64,000 nucleotides of DNA from an uncultured Candidatus Poseidoniales archaeon (GTDB lineage: Archaea > Thermoplasmatota > Poseidoniia > Poseidoniales > Thalassarchaeaceae), in assembly GCA_902511005.1 (NCBI GenBank), contig CABXDN010000001.1:106593-170592 (forward strand). Reading direction: 5' to 3'. The notes beneath the pieces were generated by a model, which worked only from the letters and a program-made list of their open reading frames with translations, was not told the origin of the DNA and made no database searches. Shown here piece by piece: positions 18,419 to 27,603 of the stretch (positions within the stretch are counted from its first letter, which is position 1; every line of letters begins with the position of its first letter). The position numbers were made by a program, and so were the translations under genes.

Positions 18419-19480
18419 TTAGGGCTCTTGATCAGAGGCGTTAGTTGAAGACTGGGGGTGAATACCATCTGGAATGCCATTGTTAATCAAAGGTAATTTT
18501 TCACCGGGAGCCAAGGGGAAATGACATGCTACTTTATGTCCCGAATCAATATTCACTAATTCTGGTTCATCTACATCACAAACGCCGATCTTGGCTATTG
18601 GGCACCTTGTATGGAAACGACATCCAGAAGGCGGATCTGCAGGACTCGGAACATCTCCGCTTAGAACTATCCTTTCATTTCTATCTTGACCAACTGTTGG
18701 TTCAGGGATAGCCGAAAGAAGAGCATGAGTATAGGGATGAGCAGGGCTTTCAAATAAATTATCAGTTTCGGCTAGTTCGACTATCTTTCCAAGATACATG
18801 ACCGCAACTCTATCTGAAATATGATGCACTACATTCAAAGAATGGGTTATGAAAACAAATGTTAGACCTCTTTCTCTCTGGATCTCATCTAATAAATTTA
18901 GCACTTGGGCCTGAACTGAAACATCTAATGCGCTAGTTGGTTCATCTAGAAGGATGAATTCTGGTTCAAGTGCTAGAGCCCTAGCTAAAGCAACTCTCTG
19001 TTTTTGACCACCTGAGAATTCATGAGGGAATCTAGTCATATGATTCCTCTTCAAACCAACGGATTCTAATAAATCACCTACTTTTTTAGTCATTTCAGCA
19101 CCATCAGAATAACCATTGACGATCAAAGGTTCTGAAATTATTGATCTGACGGTCATACGGGGATTCATTGAACCGCCGGGATCTTGGAAAACTATTTGCA
19201 TTTTTCTCCTAATATCTTTATTTTTCATTTTTCTTAATTCAACACCATCATAAATTATTGAACCTGATGTAATTGGTATGAGGCTTAAAATAAGTCTACC
19301 AAGTGTAGTTTTTCCGCAACCAGACTCTCCAACAATACCCAATGTTTCTCCTTTATCTACAACAAGACTTACTCCATCAACTGCATGGACAAAATTCTTC
19401 ACAGGAGATAATAAACCAGACTTGATAGGAAACCATTTTTTGACTTCATTTAGTTCGATTAAAGTTTCCCTATCTGACAA
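18419..19480 (-). CDS. Oligopeptide/dipeptide ABC transporter ATP-binding protein (OppF/DppF-like)
   Basis: Walker A GESGCGKTT, signature FSGGQKQRVALARAL, Walker B ILLDEPTSALD, and a C-terminal oligopeptide-type extension with PSGCRFHTRCP. TTG start. Confidence 0.9.
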   Translation of the reverse strand: MSDRETLIELNEVKKWFPIKSGLLSPVKNFVHAVDGVSLVVDKGETLGIVGESGCGKTTLGRLILSLIPITSGSIIYDGVELRKMKNKDIRRKMQIVFQDPGGSMNPRMTVRSIISEPLIVNGYSDGAEMTKKVGDLLESVGLKRNHMTRFPHEFSGGQKQRVALARALALEPEFILLDEPTSALDVSVQAQVLNLLDEIQRERGLTFVFITHSLNVVHHISDRVAVMYLGKIVELAETDNLFESPAHPYTHALLSAIPEPTVGQDRNERIVLSGDVPSPADPPSGCRFHTRCPIAKIGVCDVDEPELVNIDSGHKVACHFPLAPGEKLPLINNGIPDGIHPQSSTNASDQEP

Positions 19481-21425
19481 TTACCTCACCTCCCACGCCT
19501 TCGAATTCCTTAGAAAATATATCAAAAGAAGACTCTACATCTTTAGAAATGATAGTTAAATCAGTATGATGGCAAGCAGCATAATGCCCTTCGCTAACTT
19601 CAATCATTTCTGGCCTAATTGAGCGACAGAGATCGTCTGCAAATGGACATCTTGGATGGAAACGGCAACCGTCAAAGTGAGTATTTGGATCTGGAACTTG
19701 ACCAGGAATTATCGGGAGACTTGTGCGCCCCTCGCGTTCATCCGAGTGTACAATCTTGGGTATACTATGTAGAAGTCCGATTGTATATGGCATCCTTGGA
19801 TTTGCAAGTATGTCTTCAATAGTTCCTGTCTCAACAACTGATCCCGCATACATCACTGATACCGAGTCGCATAATTCAGCTATAACTCCAAGGTCATGAG
19901 TAATCAGCATTATCGAAGTGCCCTTTCTATCTCGAAGATCACGCATTAAGTGAAGAATTTGAGCCTGTATCGTGACATCAAGTGCAGTAGTTGGTTCATC
20001 TGCAATCAGTAATTTGGGCTCACAGGACATCATCATAGCAATCATAACTCTTTGACGCATCCCTCCAGATAACTCATGAGGATACATTGTAATAACCGCC
20101 CCAGGATTAGGTATCTGGACATCTTCAAGAATCTTTACTACTTGTCCTCTATGAGCAGGGTCAAGTTGTAAGTAATCAATCAATATCATACCTGGTATCG
20201 ATATTACCATCACCAAAGCAACGATGGTTCCAACGACCTGATTAGGAGTCCACAGAAGTATTGCATAAGTTAGTGCTAGAGTAAATGTAAAAGGTATTGA
20301 TCTAATTATCAAAAATCTATGAACTTCTTCAAGCCTAGAGAAATCAACAAAGAGTGATGAAATGATAGGGAAATAGAAAGCAATCATAAACGCCGAATGG
20401 ACCCAATTGTTGTCAGAAATTTCTAATTCTTCATGCCATAAATCACCCAAAAAAAGACTACTATCATACCATAGAATGAATAATAATATGACAGATACAT
20501 ATGGAATTGACACCAACATCTTTCTGAAGTCTTCTTTTCTATCCATCGAGGATTTTATTGAGGCTCTTAGTATACCAAAAGGAATCAATAAAAAGCAATA
20601 AGAAATTAATTCATCCGTATAATTAGTGCATGATATTGATACCTCGGCAGAAGCGTAGAATATTACGGCAAACCGAGTCCCCCATGAAGAAATTAGGTTT
20701 GGTCCCATACATGAAGTTATAAGATAAGTTAATAGAAGAATTGAGAAAAATATTGATGAAAAACGATCAGATAAAATCCAATTATACATAAATCTAAATG
20801 GGGACTTTAATGAAGAAAAAATTCTATCATATTGAGATAATCTAGAGTCTACTAAACGGTTATGGGTCTTCATAACCTCATAAATCTGCTTTTCAACTGT
20901 ATATAGAGGGTTTAACGCAGTCATTGGCTCTTGGAAAATCATACTTATTTCATTACCTCTAATATATCTCATAAATTTCTCATGTTCTCTTAAATCGGAG
21001 TAAATAAGATATTTGATAATAAGAGAAATAATAATCAATCCAAAGCCTAACATTATTATTTGGAAACCTAGTAGTGGATCATTCATAAAAGGCATTAGAT
21101 AAACAAAACCTACAGGGAAGAAAATTAAAACTGCGATGTAGGGTAATATGTTACTAAGAAATACAAGAGAATTATTTTTATCACTTTCATGAAAAATCAT
21201 TTCCTTACCATCATACTTGATACTTCCTTCATCAACGATACAAGTGGCTAATCCAATACTGGTCAATGAGGTAACCGACTTACCACATCCTGATTCTCCT
21301 ACGACACCCATTATTTGACCCTTTTTAACTTCAAGATTTACATCATGTAAAGCCTCAACTGGGCCTTCAAGTGTGTCGAAATGGACTTTGAGATTTTGAA
21401 TTTTTAATAACGAATTTTCAGACAC
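19470..21425 (-). CDS. OppD/DppD-like ABC ATPase with two large hydrophobic insertions inside the nucleotide-binding domain
   Basis: 651 aa, versus about 330 aa as I recall for the family. Motifs: Walker A GESGCGKSV, Q-loop region ISMIFQEPMTALNP, signature YPHELSGGMRQRVMIAMM, Walker B LLIADEPTTALD, ITHDLGV, CRFHPRCP. Insertions lie at about aa 79-150 and 191-425. GTG start. Confidence 0.85.
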   Translation of the reverse strand: MSENSLLKIQNLKVHFDTLEGPVEALHDVNLEVKKGQIMGVVGESGCGKSVTSLTSIGLATCIVDEGSIKYDGKEMIFHESDKNNSLVFLSNILPYIAVLIFFPVGFVYLMPFMNDPLLGFQIIMLGFGLIIISLIIKYLIYSDLREHEKFMRYIRGNEISMIFQEPMTALNPLYTVEKQIYEVMKTHNRLVDSRLSQYDRIFSSLKSPFRFMYNWILSDRFSSIFFSILLLTYLITSCMGPNLISSWGTRFAVIFYASAEVSISCTNYTDELISYCFLLIPFGILRASIKSSMDRKEDFRKMLVSIPYVSVILLFILWYDSSLFLGDLWHEELEISDNNWVHSAFMIAFYFPIISSLFVDFSRLEEVHRFLIIRSIPFTFTLALTYAILLWTPNQVVGTIVALVMVISIPGMILIDYLQLDPAHRGQVVKILEDVQIPNPGAVITMYPHELSGGMRQRVMIAMMMSCEPKLLIADEPTTALDVTIQAQILHLMRDLRDRKGTSIMLITHDLGVIAELCDSVSVMYAGSVVETGTIEDILANPRMPYTIGLLHSIPKIVHSDEREGRTSLPIIPGQVPDPNTHFDGCRFHPRCPFADDLCRSIRPEMIEVSEGHYAACHHTDLTIISKDVESSFDIFSKEFEGVGGEVIVR

Positions 21426-21429
21426 AAAA

Positions 21430-23340
21430 TCACCTCTTATTTTTCGGATCTACTATATCTCTTAATCCATCTCCGAGCAAATTGAAACCAAGAGTTGTGA
21501 GTAAAATCGCCAAACCAGGGAATGTCACTAACCACCAGGAATTGGGGAAGAATCTACGGCCATCAGAAACCAGAATACCCCATTCTGCAGTCCCCGGTTC
21601 AGCACCGAGGCCTATGAAAGATAAACCAGATGCAGATAATATTGTACCACCTACATCAAGTGTAAAAGCAACCAACAACGGGGCCCAAGCACTCGGTAAT
21701 ATATGCCTGAACATTATTCTTCCATCAGGGGCTCCCACAGATTTTGCTGCCTCTACAAATGTCATCTCTCTGATGTACAAGACTTGACCTCGGATCAGTC
21801 TTGCATAACCAGGCCAACCAGTTAATATTAATGCAGCCTGAATTTTCCATAATCTATCAAAATCCTTAATCAGAATAAAATCGGAATCACTGGATTTAGT
21901 TACAAAAATTAACAAAACGACTGAAATGAATATCAGAATCGTCCTTAATGCTAAGAATCGATAAGGATTCCCAAAATCAAATGATTCAGAGATTCTCTTT
22001 GAAATCAATTCACTAGGTACACCTTCATTTAATGTTTTATCCAAGATTGTTATTACCACATATAGGGTGAAAATCGCAACTAAAGTTAATGATTTAACTA
22101 ACTTCGCGTCAGTATTATTTGACCATAATTCTGGCCAAAAACTCCCTAAGAAAATTAATGTTAAACCTACTAATAAAACTCCTCTGAAGCGCAATAAAAA
22201 TAACGCGATTTCAAGTATTGAGTTTTTGAAATTAAAAACTTTATTTTCTAAATCAGACTGTGACGCCAATTTATTTTTTATTTTAAACATTAAATTTCGA
22301 TCGGTTCCTTCTCCTGTAATTAATTCAGAAATTACGTTTCTTGTAGAAAGAATATTAAAAAATAACAATAAAAATGCTGCGGTGGACATCGCGATTGTTA
22401 GGCTTGTAGTATTCTGTAATGCAGCGACAAAAGCCATTGCTAAAATCAAGCCAGGCACTGCAAAGAATACATCAGTAATTCGCATGATTACTTCGTCAAT
22501 AACTCCGCCATAATACCCACTTATGCTTCCAACAATTGTACCCAATGCAACAGTTAAGAACGCAACGGTAATACCTATTTTTAGTGAAATACGGGAACCA
22601 TATAATATCTTACTAAACAAATCTTGCCCGGTATTTGTGGTACCCATAATACATACATCATAACCATCAGGTAACCACCAATGATGCATGTCATTATTCT
22701 GAAATTCATAAGTCACCCATATTTTTGAACTAGTAATGTTTAACGCTTCGTCCGTCACAAAAAATGTAGTTTCATTATAGACTATTATCAAAGAATTATT
22801 CAAATCATAACCTAAATCATCTTCGATAAATTCAATCTCAATAATTTCTAGAGGTATTGGTGTAAGAGATCCGTTTTCATCAATCACTGGATCTGAAACA
22901 GCAGGTACATAACGAGAATACCCTTTGGTTTTTATTCCAAATAAATCAATCCCTTGCTCATGCCAATCGCATGCCTCCGAGAATGGAGCTTCTCTTCTTG
23001 GTTCGTTATCAATCCACCAAAGATCTTCTGTATCTTGCAAATTCCTGTAAGGATGTTCGACTGCAATATCATCTGCAAAAATACTGATAGTTGAAACTGT
23101 AACTATAAGAGTTAAACCGATTATAGCAAGTATTGATTTCCTAAAAATTTTCCAACTTTTCTTTAAGTCATAAAATCTTTGTTTCCAGCCTTGGATGAAT
23201 CGTGTGAATCCCTCCTCACGATCTTCAAGGCTTTCTGTCCACTTTTTACCTCTTATTTTATCAAAAATAATCCCAATAGTAAAAATTAAGAAAAATAAAT
23301 ATACGCTATACAAAATGAAATCAGTGGTGAAATCACTCAT
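21430..23340 (-). CDS. OppC/DppC-like ABC permease with an extra N-terminal TM, an enlarged extracellular loop and a roughly 190-aa hydrophobic internal insertion
   Basis: 636 aa. Conserved blocks GTTNTGQDLFSKILYGSRISL, ITDVFFAVPGLILAMAF, WPGYARLIRGQ, VEAAKSVGAPDGRIMFRHILP (EAA loop), and LGDGLRD at the C-terminus. Confidence 0.85.
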   Translation of the reverse strand: MSDFTTDFILYSVYLFFLIFTIGIIFDKIRGKKWTESLEDREEGFTRFIQGWKQRFYDLKKSWKIFRKSILAIIGLTLIVTVSTISIFADDIAVEHPYRNLQDTEDLWWIDNEPRREAPFSEACDWHEQGIDLFGIKTKGYSRYVPAVSDPVIDENGSLTPIPLEIIEIEFIEDDLGYDLNNSLIIVYNETTFFVTDEALNITSSKIWVTYEFQNNDMHHWWLPDGYDVCIMGTTNTGQDLFSKILYGSRISLKIGITVAFLTVALGTIVGSISGYYGGVIDEVIMRITDVFFAVPGLILAMAFVAALQNTTSLTIAMSTAAFLLLFFNILSTRNVISELITGEGTDRNLMFKIKNKLASQSDLENKVFNFKNSILEIALFLLRFRGVLLVGLTLIFLGSFWPELWSNNTDAKLVKSLTLVAIFTLYVVITILDKTLNEGVPSELISKRISESFDFGNPYRFLALRTILIFISVVLLIFVTKSSDSDFILIKDFDRLWKIQAALILTGWPGYARLIRGQVLYIREMTFVEAAKSVGAPDGRIMFRHILPSAWAPLLVAFTLDVGGTILSASGLSFIGLGAEPGTAEWGILVSDGRRFFPNSWWLVTFPGLAILLTTLGFNLLGDGLRDIVDPKNKR

Positions 23341-24473
23341 TCTAATCGCACCCTTGGATCGACTATAGCATATGAAATATCTACAAGTAAATTAGAGAGG
23401 AGGAAAATTATAGCTGTAACTAAAGTAACCCCCATTATCATTGAAAAATCTAAGTAAACAATAGCATCGACAGCTGTTTTACCCATACCTGGGAATGCAA
23501 ATATGGTTTCTGTAAGAACAGCGCCTCCTATGGCACCCCCTATAGAGAATCCTAGAATCGTAACTATTGGCACCAAAGCATTACGTACAGCATGGACTAG
23601 AATGACTCTAGTTTCAGAAATTCCTTTAGCTCGAGCGGTTCTAACATAATCTTCATTCATCACCTCTAAAAGGCTGGCTCTCATATATCTTAGAAGTCCT
23701 CCAGTACTCGCCACTGCTAGTGTGAAACAGGGTAAGAATAGATGCTTTAAAGTATCCATAAACATATCCATGTGAGACATTGAAACTTCGTAACGATTTG
23801 TCTGAGGATTGAATTTCGTTGGCTCATCTACAATCCAACTATCGATTAAGTGGAACCCTGTCCCTGTATCTGGGAATGTATAGGTAGGATCATGTCTCCC
23901 GTATATAGGAAAACAACCACCTTCAGTATCAGGAACCAAAGGTAAAGCCTGAGTTATTGGATCGCATATACCAACTTGAGTTCCGAGAATATATTGGAAC
24001 ATCATGGCTAACCAAAATATGGGTAAACTAACAAATGCAATCGCAACAAATCTAGATGCCTGGTCGAATAGTTTGTCTTGCCATACTGCGCTAAAAATTC
24101 CTAAAGTGATGCCCATGGGAAATCCCATTGCTAGAGATAAAAAAGACATCTCAAGAGTGATAGGAGCAGCGTCTCTGAGCTTCTCAATTACTGGACGATG
24201 GAATGTAACTGATTCACCCCAGTCACCCTCAAGAAGATTTGTAACATATATGACATATTGCTGCCATACTGGTTTATCAAGACCCAATCTTATGACATTA
24301 GATTCGTAGGCAGTTAGTCCATTGGAGCCAACTACTCCACATTTTTCACCACATAAGGCGGCTGCAGGGTCGGCAGGTATAATCTGGGCTATAGCGAATG
24401 TGAATATTGAAACTCCCATGATTACAGGGATTAAGAGGATTAATCTTCTGACAATAAATTCTTGTAGCTTCAT
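23337..24473 (-). CDS. OppB/DppB-like ABC permease
   Basis: N-terminus FIVRRLILLIPVIMGVSIFTFAI, EAA loop YVRTARAKGISETRVILVHAVRNALVP, C-terminus DISYAIVDPRVRLE. The track start at 24479 is TTG; an ATG lies at 24473. Confidence 0.9.
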   Translation of the reverse strand: MKLQEFIVRRLILLIPVIMGVSIFTFAIAQIIPADPAAALCGEKCGVVGSNGLTAYESNVIRLGLDKPVWQQYVIYVTNLLEGDWGESVTFHRPVIEKLRDAAPITLEMSFLSLAMGFPMGITLGIFSAVWQDKLFDQASRFVAIAFVSLPIFWLAMMFQYILGTQVGICDPITQALPLVPDTEGGCFPIYGRHDPTYTFPDTGTGFHLIDSWIVDEPTKFNPQTNRYEVSMSHMDMFMDTLKHLFLPCFTLAVASTGGLLRYMRASLLEVMNEDYVRTARAKGISETRVILVHAVRNALVPIVTILGFSIGGAIGGAVLTETIFAFPGMGKTAVDAIVYLDFSMIMGVTLVTAIIFLLSNLLVDISYAIVDPRVRLE

Positions 24474-24554
24474 AGACAAATCCCCCCTAAATTAGGTTGA
24501 AATATTGGTTTAAAAAACCAATTTATAATTCTCAAAATAATCATTTAGAGAATC

Positions 24555-24602
24555 AAAAAAAAAACGGCTCGATAACAGCCACCGTAGTGACTGTTATCGG
24601 CC
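24555..24602 (-). terminator. Hairpin plus U10 tract between the substrate-binding-protein gene and the permease genes (intrinsic terminator/attenuator-like)
   Basis: The 9-bp perfect arms cgataacag (24570..24578) and ctgttatcg (24591..24599) are extended by GGC/GCC with one bulge. On the transcribed (minus) strand the hairpin is followed by ten Ts (24564..24555). Confidence 0.5.
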
Positions 24603-24631
24603 TTACGTATTTCCGAACTAGTCAATAAGAC

Positions 24632-26662
24632 TCAAGCTACTGGTAACTTATCGTAGTCAAACCAGTGAGCAGAGCCTATAGCTGCCCATGGAGCGGATAC
24701 GATATCAGTACGCTTTACGCTAATACCATTACCTTGGCCGATGATTATCATGTTCGGGTCTTCCGTCCAAAGAGCGAACGCATTACTGTACAGTTGTGTA
24801 CGCTCTGCATCGTCTGTTGAAACACGAGCTGCTGTTAGATTCTCATCTAGAGCCGCATTGTGGTAATTTGTACCATATGCGTCTCCTCCAGCATCGTGAC
24901 TTGCAGCGAATGGAGTCCAGTAGTTATCTGGGTCCAGATAATCTGGAGCCCATCCACTGAATCTGATCTCGAATGTACTAGTGTAGTACATTGTTAGATA
25001 CTCAGCCCAAGGCTTTGCATCACCATCAGTTGCAACGCCGATTGAACCTAATGACTGTGCAATTTGACCAGCCATAGCAATACGGTAATCGTTACCTTCG
25101 TTAGCCATGATTCTCAGAATGTTTGGTAGGCGACATTCGTCACCATCTCTATCTCCCTCAGCAACTACAGTTGGTGCACCTGCAACAGTTAGACTTGAAC
25201 AGTCATATTGCTTAATGAATCCTGCATCTTCAAGAGTTTGCTCAGCAATGGTTAGATCGTAGCTGAATACCTGTGATTGAGTCTCATCATACAAGAAACC
25301 ATTAGGAATTGGGCCGTATACTGGAGCTAATTGTCCGCTGTATGTATCACGGCGTGCTGTATCATAATCGAAAGCATATGCAATGGCCTTACGAACTGCA
25401 GATTGTGACATTACGTTACAATCCATTGTACCATCCATATCACAGTCATGATTTAGAACTAGAGACGAGTTAGCATCAGTGTTGTTGCTTTCTTCACCAG
25501 CATCTAGAGCCTTTGGCATAACATTCATTGCAGATAGAGTAATTGTGAAAGATTCTCTGTATGTACAAACGAATCCTTCCTTACCTACTACATTAGGTCC
25601 ATCTTCATAATTGTCACAGAACTCTGGCTCATCCTCGATGTTTAATGAACCGAAATCAGCCTCACCATCTTGGAAAGCAAGAAGACGAGTTGAAGCTTCA
25701 GTAACTATTTGTGAAGTGAAACGGTTGATATTGAATCCACCATCTTCCCAGTACATCCAGTTAGGTGTCAGAACGATTGAAGTCTCACGAGTCCATGAAT
25801 CAACAATGTAAGCACCGGTACCTGCACCAAGAGGTGCTTCGTCCATCCATCCATGACACCAGTCATCAGATGACTCGTCTACATCAGCAGTTGCAGGATC
25901 ATCAGCAGTAACTATTCTATTGGCTTCACAAAGGTCTTTGTTTACAATAGCACCAACAGTGTAAGCGATTGTAGAAATGAATCCAGCATATGGTTGCATC
26001 AAAGTTACCGAAAAGTGAGTATCATCAATCATTGTCAGACCTGACGTGTTAAAATTTTGTTCAGTAATCCAAGAAACGTGTGAAAGTGGGCTTGCCATTT
26101 CATTCACTCTTTCCCATGAATATACAACATCTTCAGCAGTCATATGGTCACCATTACTGAAGTATACATCATCACGTAGAGTGAATGTGTAAGTCAGTTG
26201 GTCATCACTAATTGTGTGACCAGTAGCTAAACGTGGTACGATAATCGCATTTCCTGAGCCATCTCCTTCATACCTGTATAGGGTATCGAAAACATTCTCA
26301 ATAACGTCACCAGATGCTGAATCATAAGCATCATGAGGGTCAAACGTAGATGCATCACCGATTGTCATTTCAACAATCTCGCATGGGTTGTTTGATCCTG
26401 TCTCAGCACAAGCACGTATGCTCTGCAGAGATGACCAAGCGTCATCATATGCCATAGTATCTGCCGCATATGATTCCATTACGGAAGTCATAGTTGGGTC
26501 GTAGGTACAAGACATGTCGTCTACTGTGGCGTCAGCGTTGTAGTTGTTAGCGGTTGCATCCATGCAACCATCTACATCGTCTTCGCCACCGAGACACCCG
26601 GCAAATACCGAGGCAATCATCAGCGTGCATAAAAATAGAGCACTAAATCTAGGCTTCATCAT
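24632..26662 (-). CDS. Family-5 (OppA/DppA-type) peptide-binding lipoprotein of the ABC importer
   Basis: 676 aa. Signal plus lipobox-like LMIASVFAGC. The overall length and its position at the head of the oppBCDF-like genes fit this family. Confidence 0.8.
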   Translation of the reverse strand: MMKPRFSALFLCTLMIASVFAGCLGGEDDVDGCMDATANNYNADATVDDMSCTYDPTMTSVMESYAADTMAYDDAWSSLQSIRACAETGSNNPCEIVEMTIGDASTFDPHDAYDSASGDVIENVFDTLYRYEGDGSGNAIIVPRLATGHTISDDQLTYTFTLRDDVYFSNGDHMTAEDVVYSWERVNEMASPLSHVSWITEQNFNTSGLTMIDDTHFSVTLMQPYAGFISTIAYTVGAIVNKDLCEANRIVTADDPATADVDESSDDWCHGWMDEAPLGAGTGAYIVDSWTRETSIVLTPNWMYWEDGGFNINRFTSQIVTEASTRLLAFQDGEADFGSLNIEDEPEFCDNYEDGPNVVGKEGFVCTYRESFTITLSAMNVMPKALDAGEESNNTDANSSLVLNHDCDMDGTMDCNVMSQSAVRKAIAYAFDYDTARRDTYSGQLAPVYGPIPNGFLYDETQSQVFSYDLTIAEQTLEDAGFIKQYDCSSLTVAGAPTVVAEGDRDGDECRLPNILRIMANEGNDYRIAMAGQIAQSLGSIGVATDGDAKPWAEYLTMYYTSTFEIRFSGWAPDYLDPDNYWTPFAASHDAGGDAYGTNYHNAALDENLTAARVSTDDAERTQLYSNAFALWTEDPNMIIIGQGNGISVKRTDIVSAPWAAIGSAHWFDYDKLPVA

Positions 26663-26878
26663 CTGATGCGGTCAATATAGCATATATAGACTGATTGGAT
26701 AATGCTCAAAGAATAACTATTTTCTACAGTTTTTCGTTAATTCTATCAGTCAAGCGTTTTTTCCCAATATTAACTGATAATACTAAAAAATAACAAAAAT
26801 TCTAATTTTTAAAAATAATAAAAAAATAGAAACAAATTAATATCTCTATTTTTTATTAAAAATAATGGTAAAAAATAA

Positions 26879-26955
26879 TGGTGGACGAGCCGAGATTTGA
26901 ACTCGGGGCCTCTTCTTAGCCAAAGAAGCGCGCTTCCAAGCTGCGCCACACGCCC
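26879..26955 (-). tRNA. trnA: tRNA-Ala (anticodon GGC), CCA encoded
   Basis: Hand-folded. Acceptor GGGCGTG/CTCGTCC with the G3:U70 alanine identity pair (one U6-U67 mismatch). D arm GCGC-AGCTTGGAA-GCGC. Anticodon arm CTTCT-TTGGCTA-AGAAG. T arm CCGAG-TTCAAAT-CTCGG. TTAAAT (26981..26986) lies about 26 nt upstream, and T-rich tracts follow downstream. Confidence 0.85.
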
Positions 26956-27008
26956 TATGAACAGGCGACCTGCGACGGTCATTTAAGGAGAATGGATTAG
27001 GCAAGGAT

Positions 27009-27575
27009 ATGACAGGAGACAGCGGGCAGGGAGAGAAAATAGTCAACCTACCAGAAAAGCCATGGCTCCCTGAAGGATTAATAGACGAACTTAACTCTAG
27101 ATTAACAAAAAATGAAGCGCCTTTCTTGAAGTATCTTGGAAAAAACTTACAACTTATTTGGATTGATAAAAATGAGTCAAGATTGGGGATGACTAGGTTT
27201 GAATGTAATGCGAATGAACTTTTTCGTAGAAGAAAACTTAGAGTTTCTTGTGGACCAGTGACTGTAGGCCTGAATCCATTATTAAACAATGATTCAGAAT
27301 TATATCTGCATACGCTAGTACACGAGTTATTACATGCATCTGGATTATTAGATCATGGAAGTATACATTCGGATTTAGCCAAGTTAATCGCACCACCCCC
27401 TAAACTATCAGATTCGCCTGTGTTACAAGAAATGCGTGAGAGAGTTTTAGATAAATTACCTGAAAGACAGTGGATATGCGGAGATTGTGGATATACATGG
27501 GAGAGGAAAAGAGTGACTATGCCTAGTAGATGCCCTAAATGCGCCATGCCTTTCAGATCACAAGAGTCGCAATGA
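27009..27575 (+). CDS. Putative zinc metalloprotease (HExxH; SprT/WLM-like) with C-terminal zinc ribbon
   Basis: HTLVHELLH contains HExxH. The C-terminus has CGDCG-x16-CPKC. Confidence 0.5.
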   Translation: MTGDSGQGEKIVNLPEKPWLPEGLIDELNSRLTKNEAPFLKYLGKNLQLIWIDKNESRLGMTRFECNANELFRRRKLRVSCGPVTVGLNPLLNNDSELYLHTLVHELLHASGLLDHGSIHSDLAKLIAPPPKLSDSPVLQEMRERVLDKLPERQWICGDCGYTWERKRVTMPSRCPKCAMPFRSQESQ

Positions 27576-27603
27576 TATTACCATGAAAGGTCTAGCATAG
27601 ACT

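Noticed and set aside
20151-21191. OppD-like insertions as an intein or inserted mobile element
   Set aside because: No intein junction signatures are present (Cys/Ser at the N-junction, His-Asn plus Cys/Ser/Thr at the C-junction), and there are no endonuclease motifs. The segments are hydrophobic and helix-like and stay in frame with the host gene.
22067-22513. Antisense ORFs embedded in clear genes (for example 22067..22513, 36814..37326, 35841..36263, 47998..48420, 17433..17837, 55367..55822, 31804..32184, 9566..9898)
   Set aside because: Each lies opposite a gene with strong family motifs. Their products are low-complexity and typical of AT-rich antisense frames.
26663-26878. Very AT-rich 216-nt spacer considered as a replication origin
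   Set aside because: No ORB-like inverted repeats and no orc1/cdc6 gene nearby. The spacer is better explained as the oppA promoter plus oligo-T terminators of tRNA-Ala.
26846-27289. 147-aa minus-strand ORF
   Set aside because: It runs through tRNA-Ala and lies antisense to the better-supported HExxH protein gene. It has no recognisable motifs.
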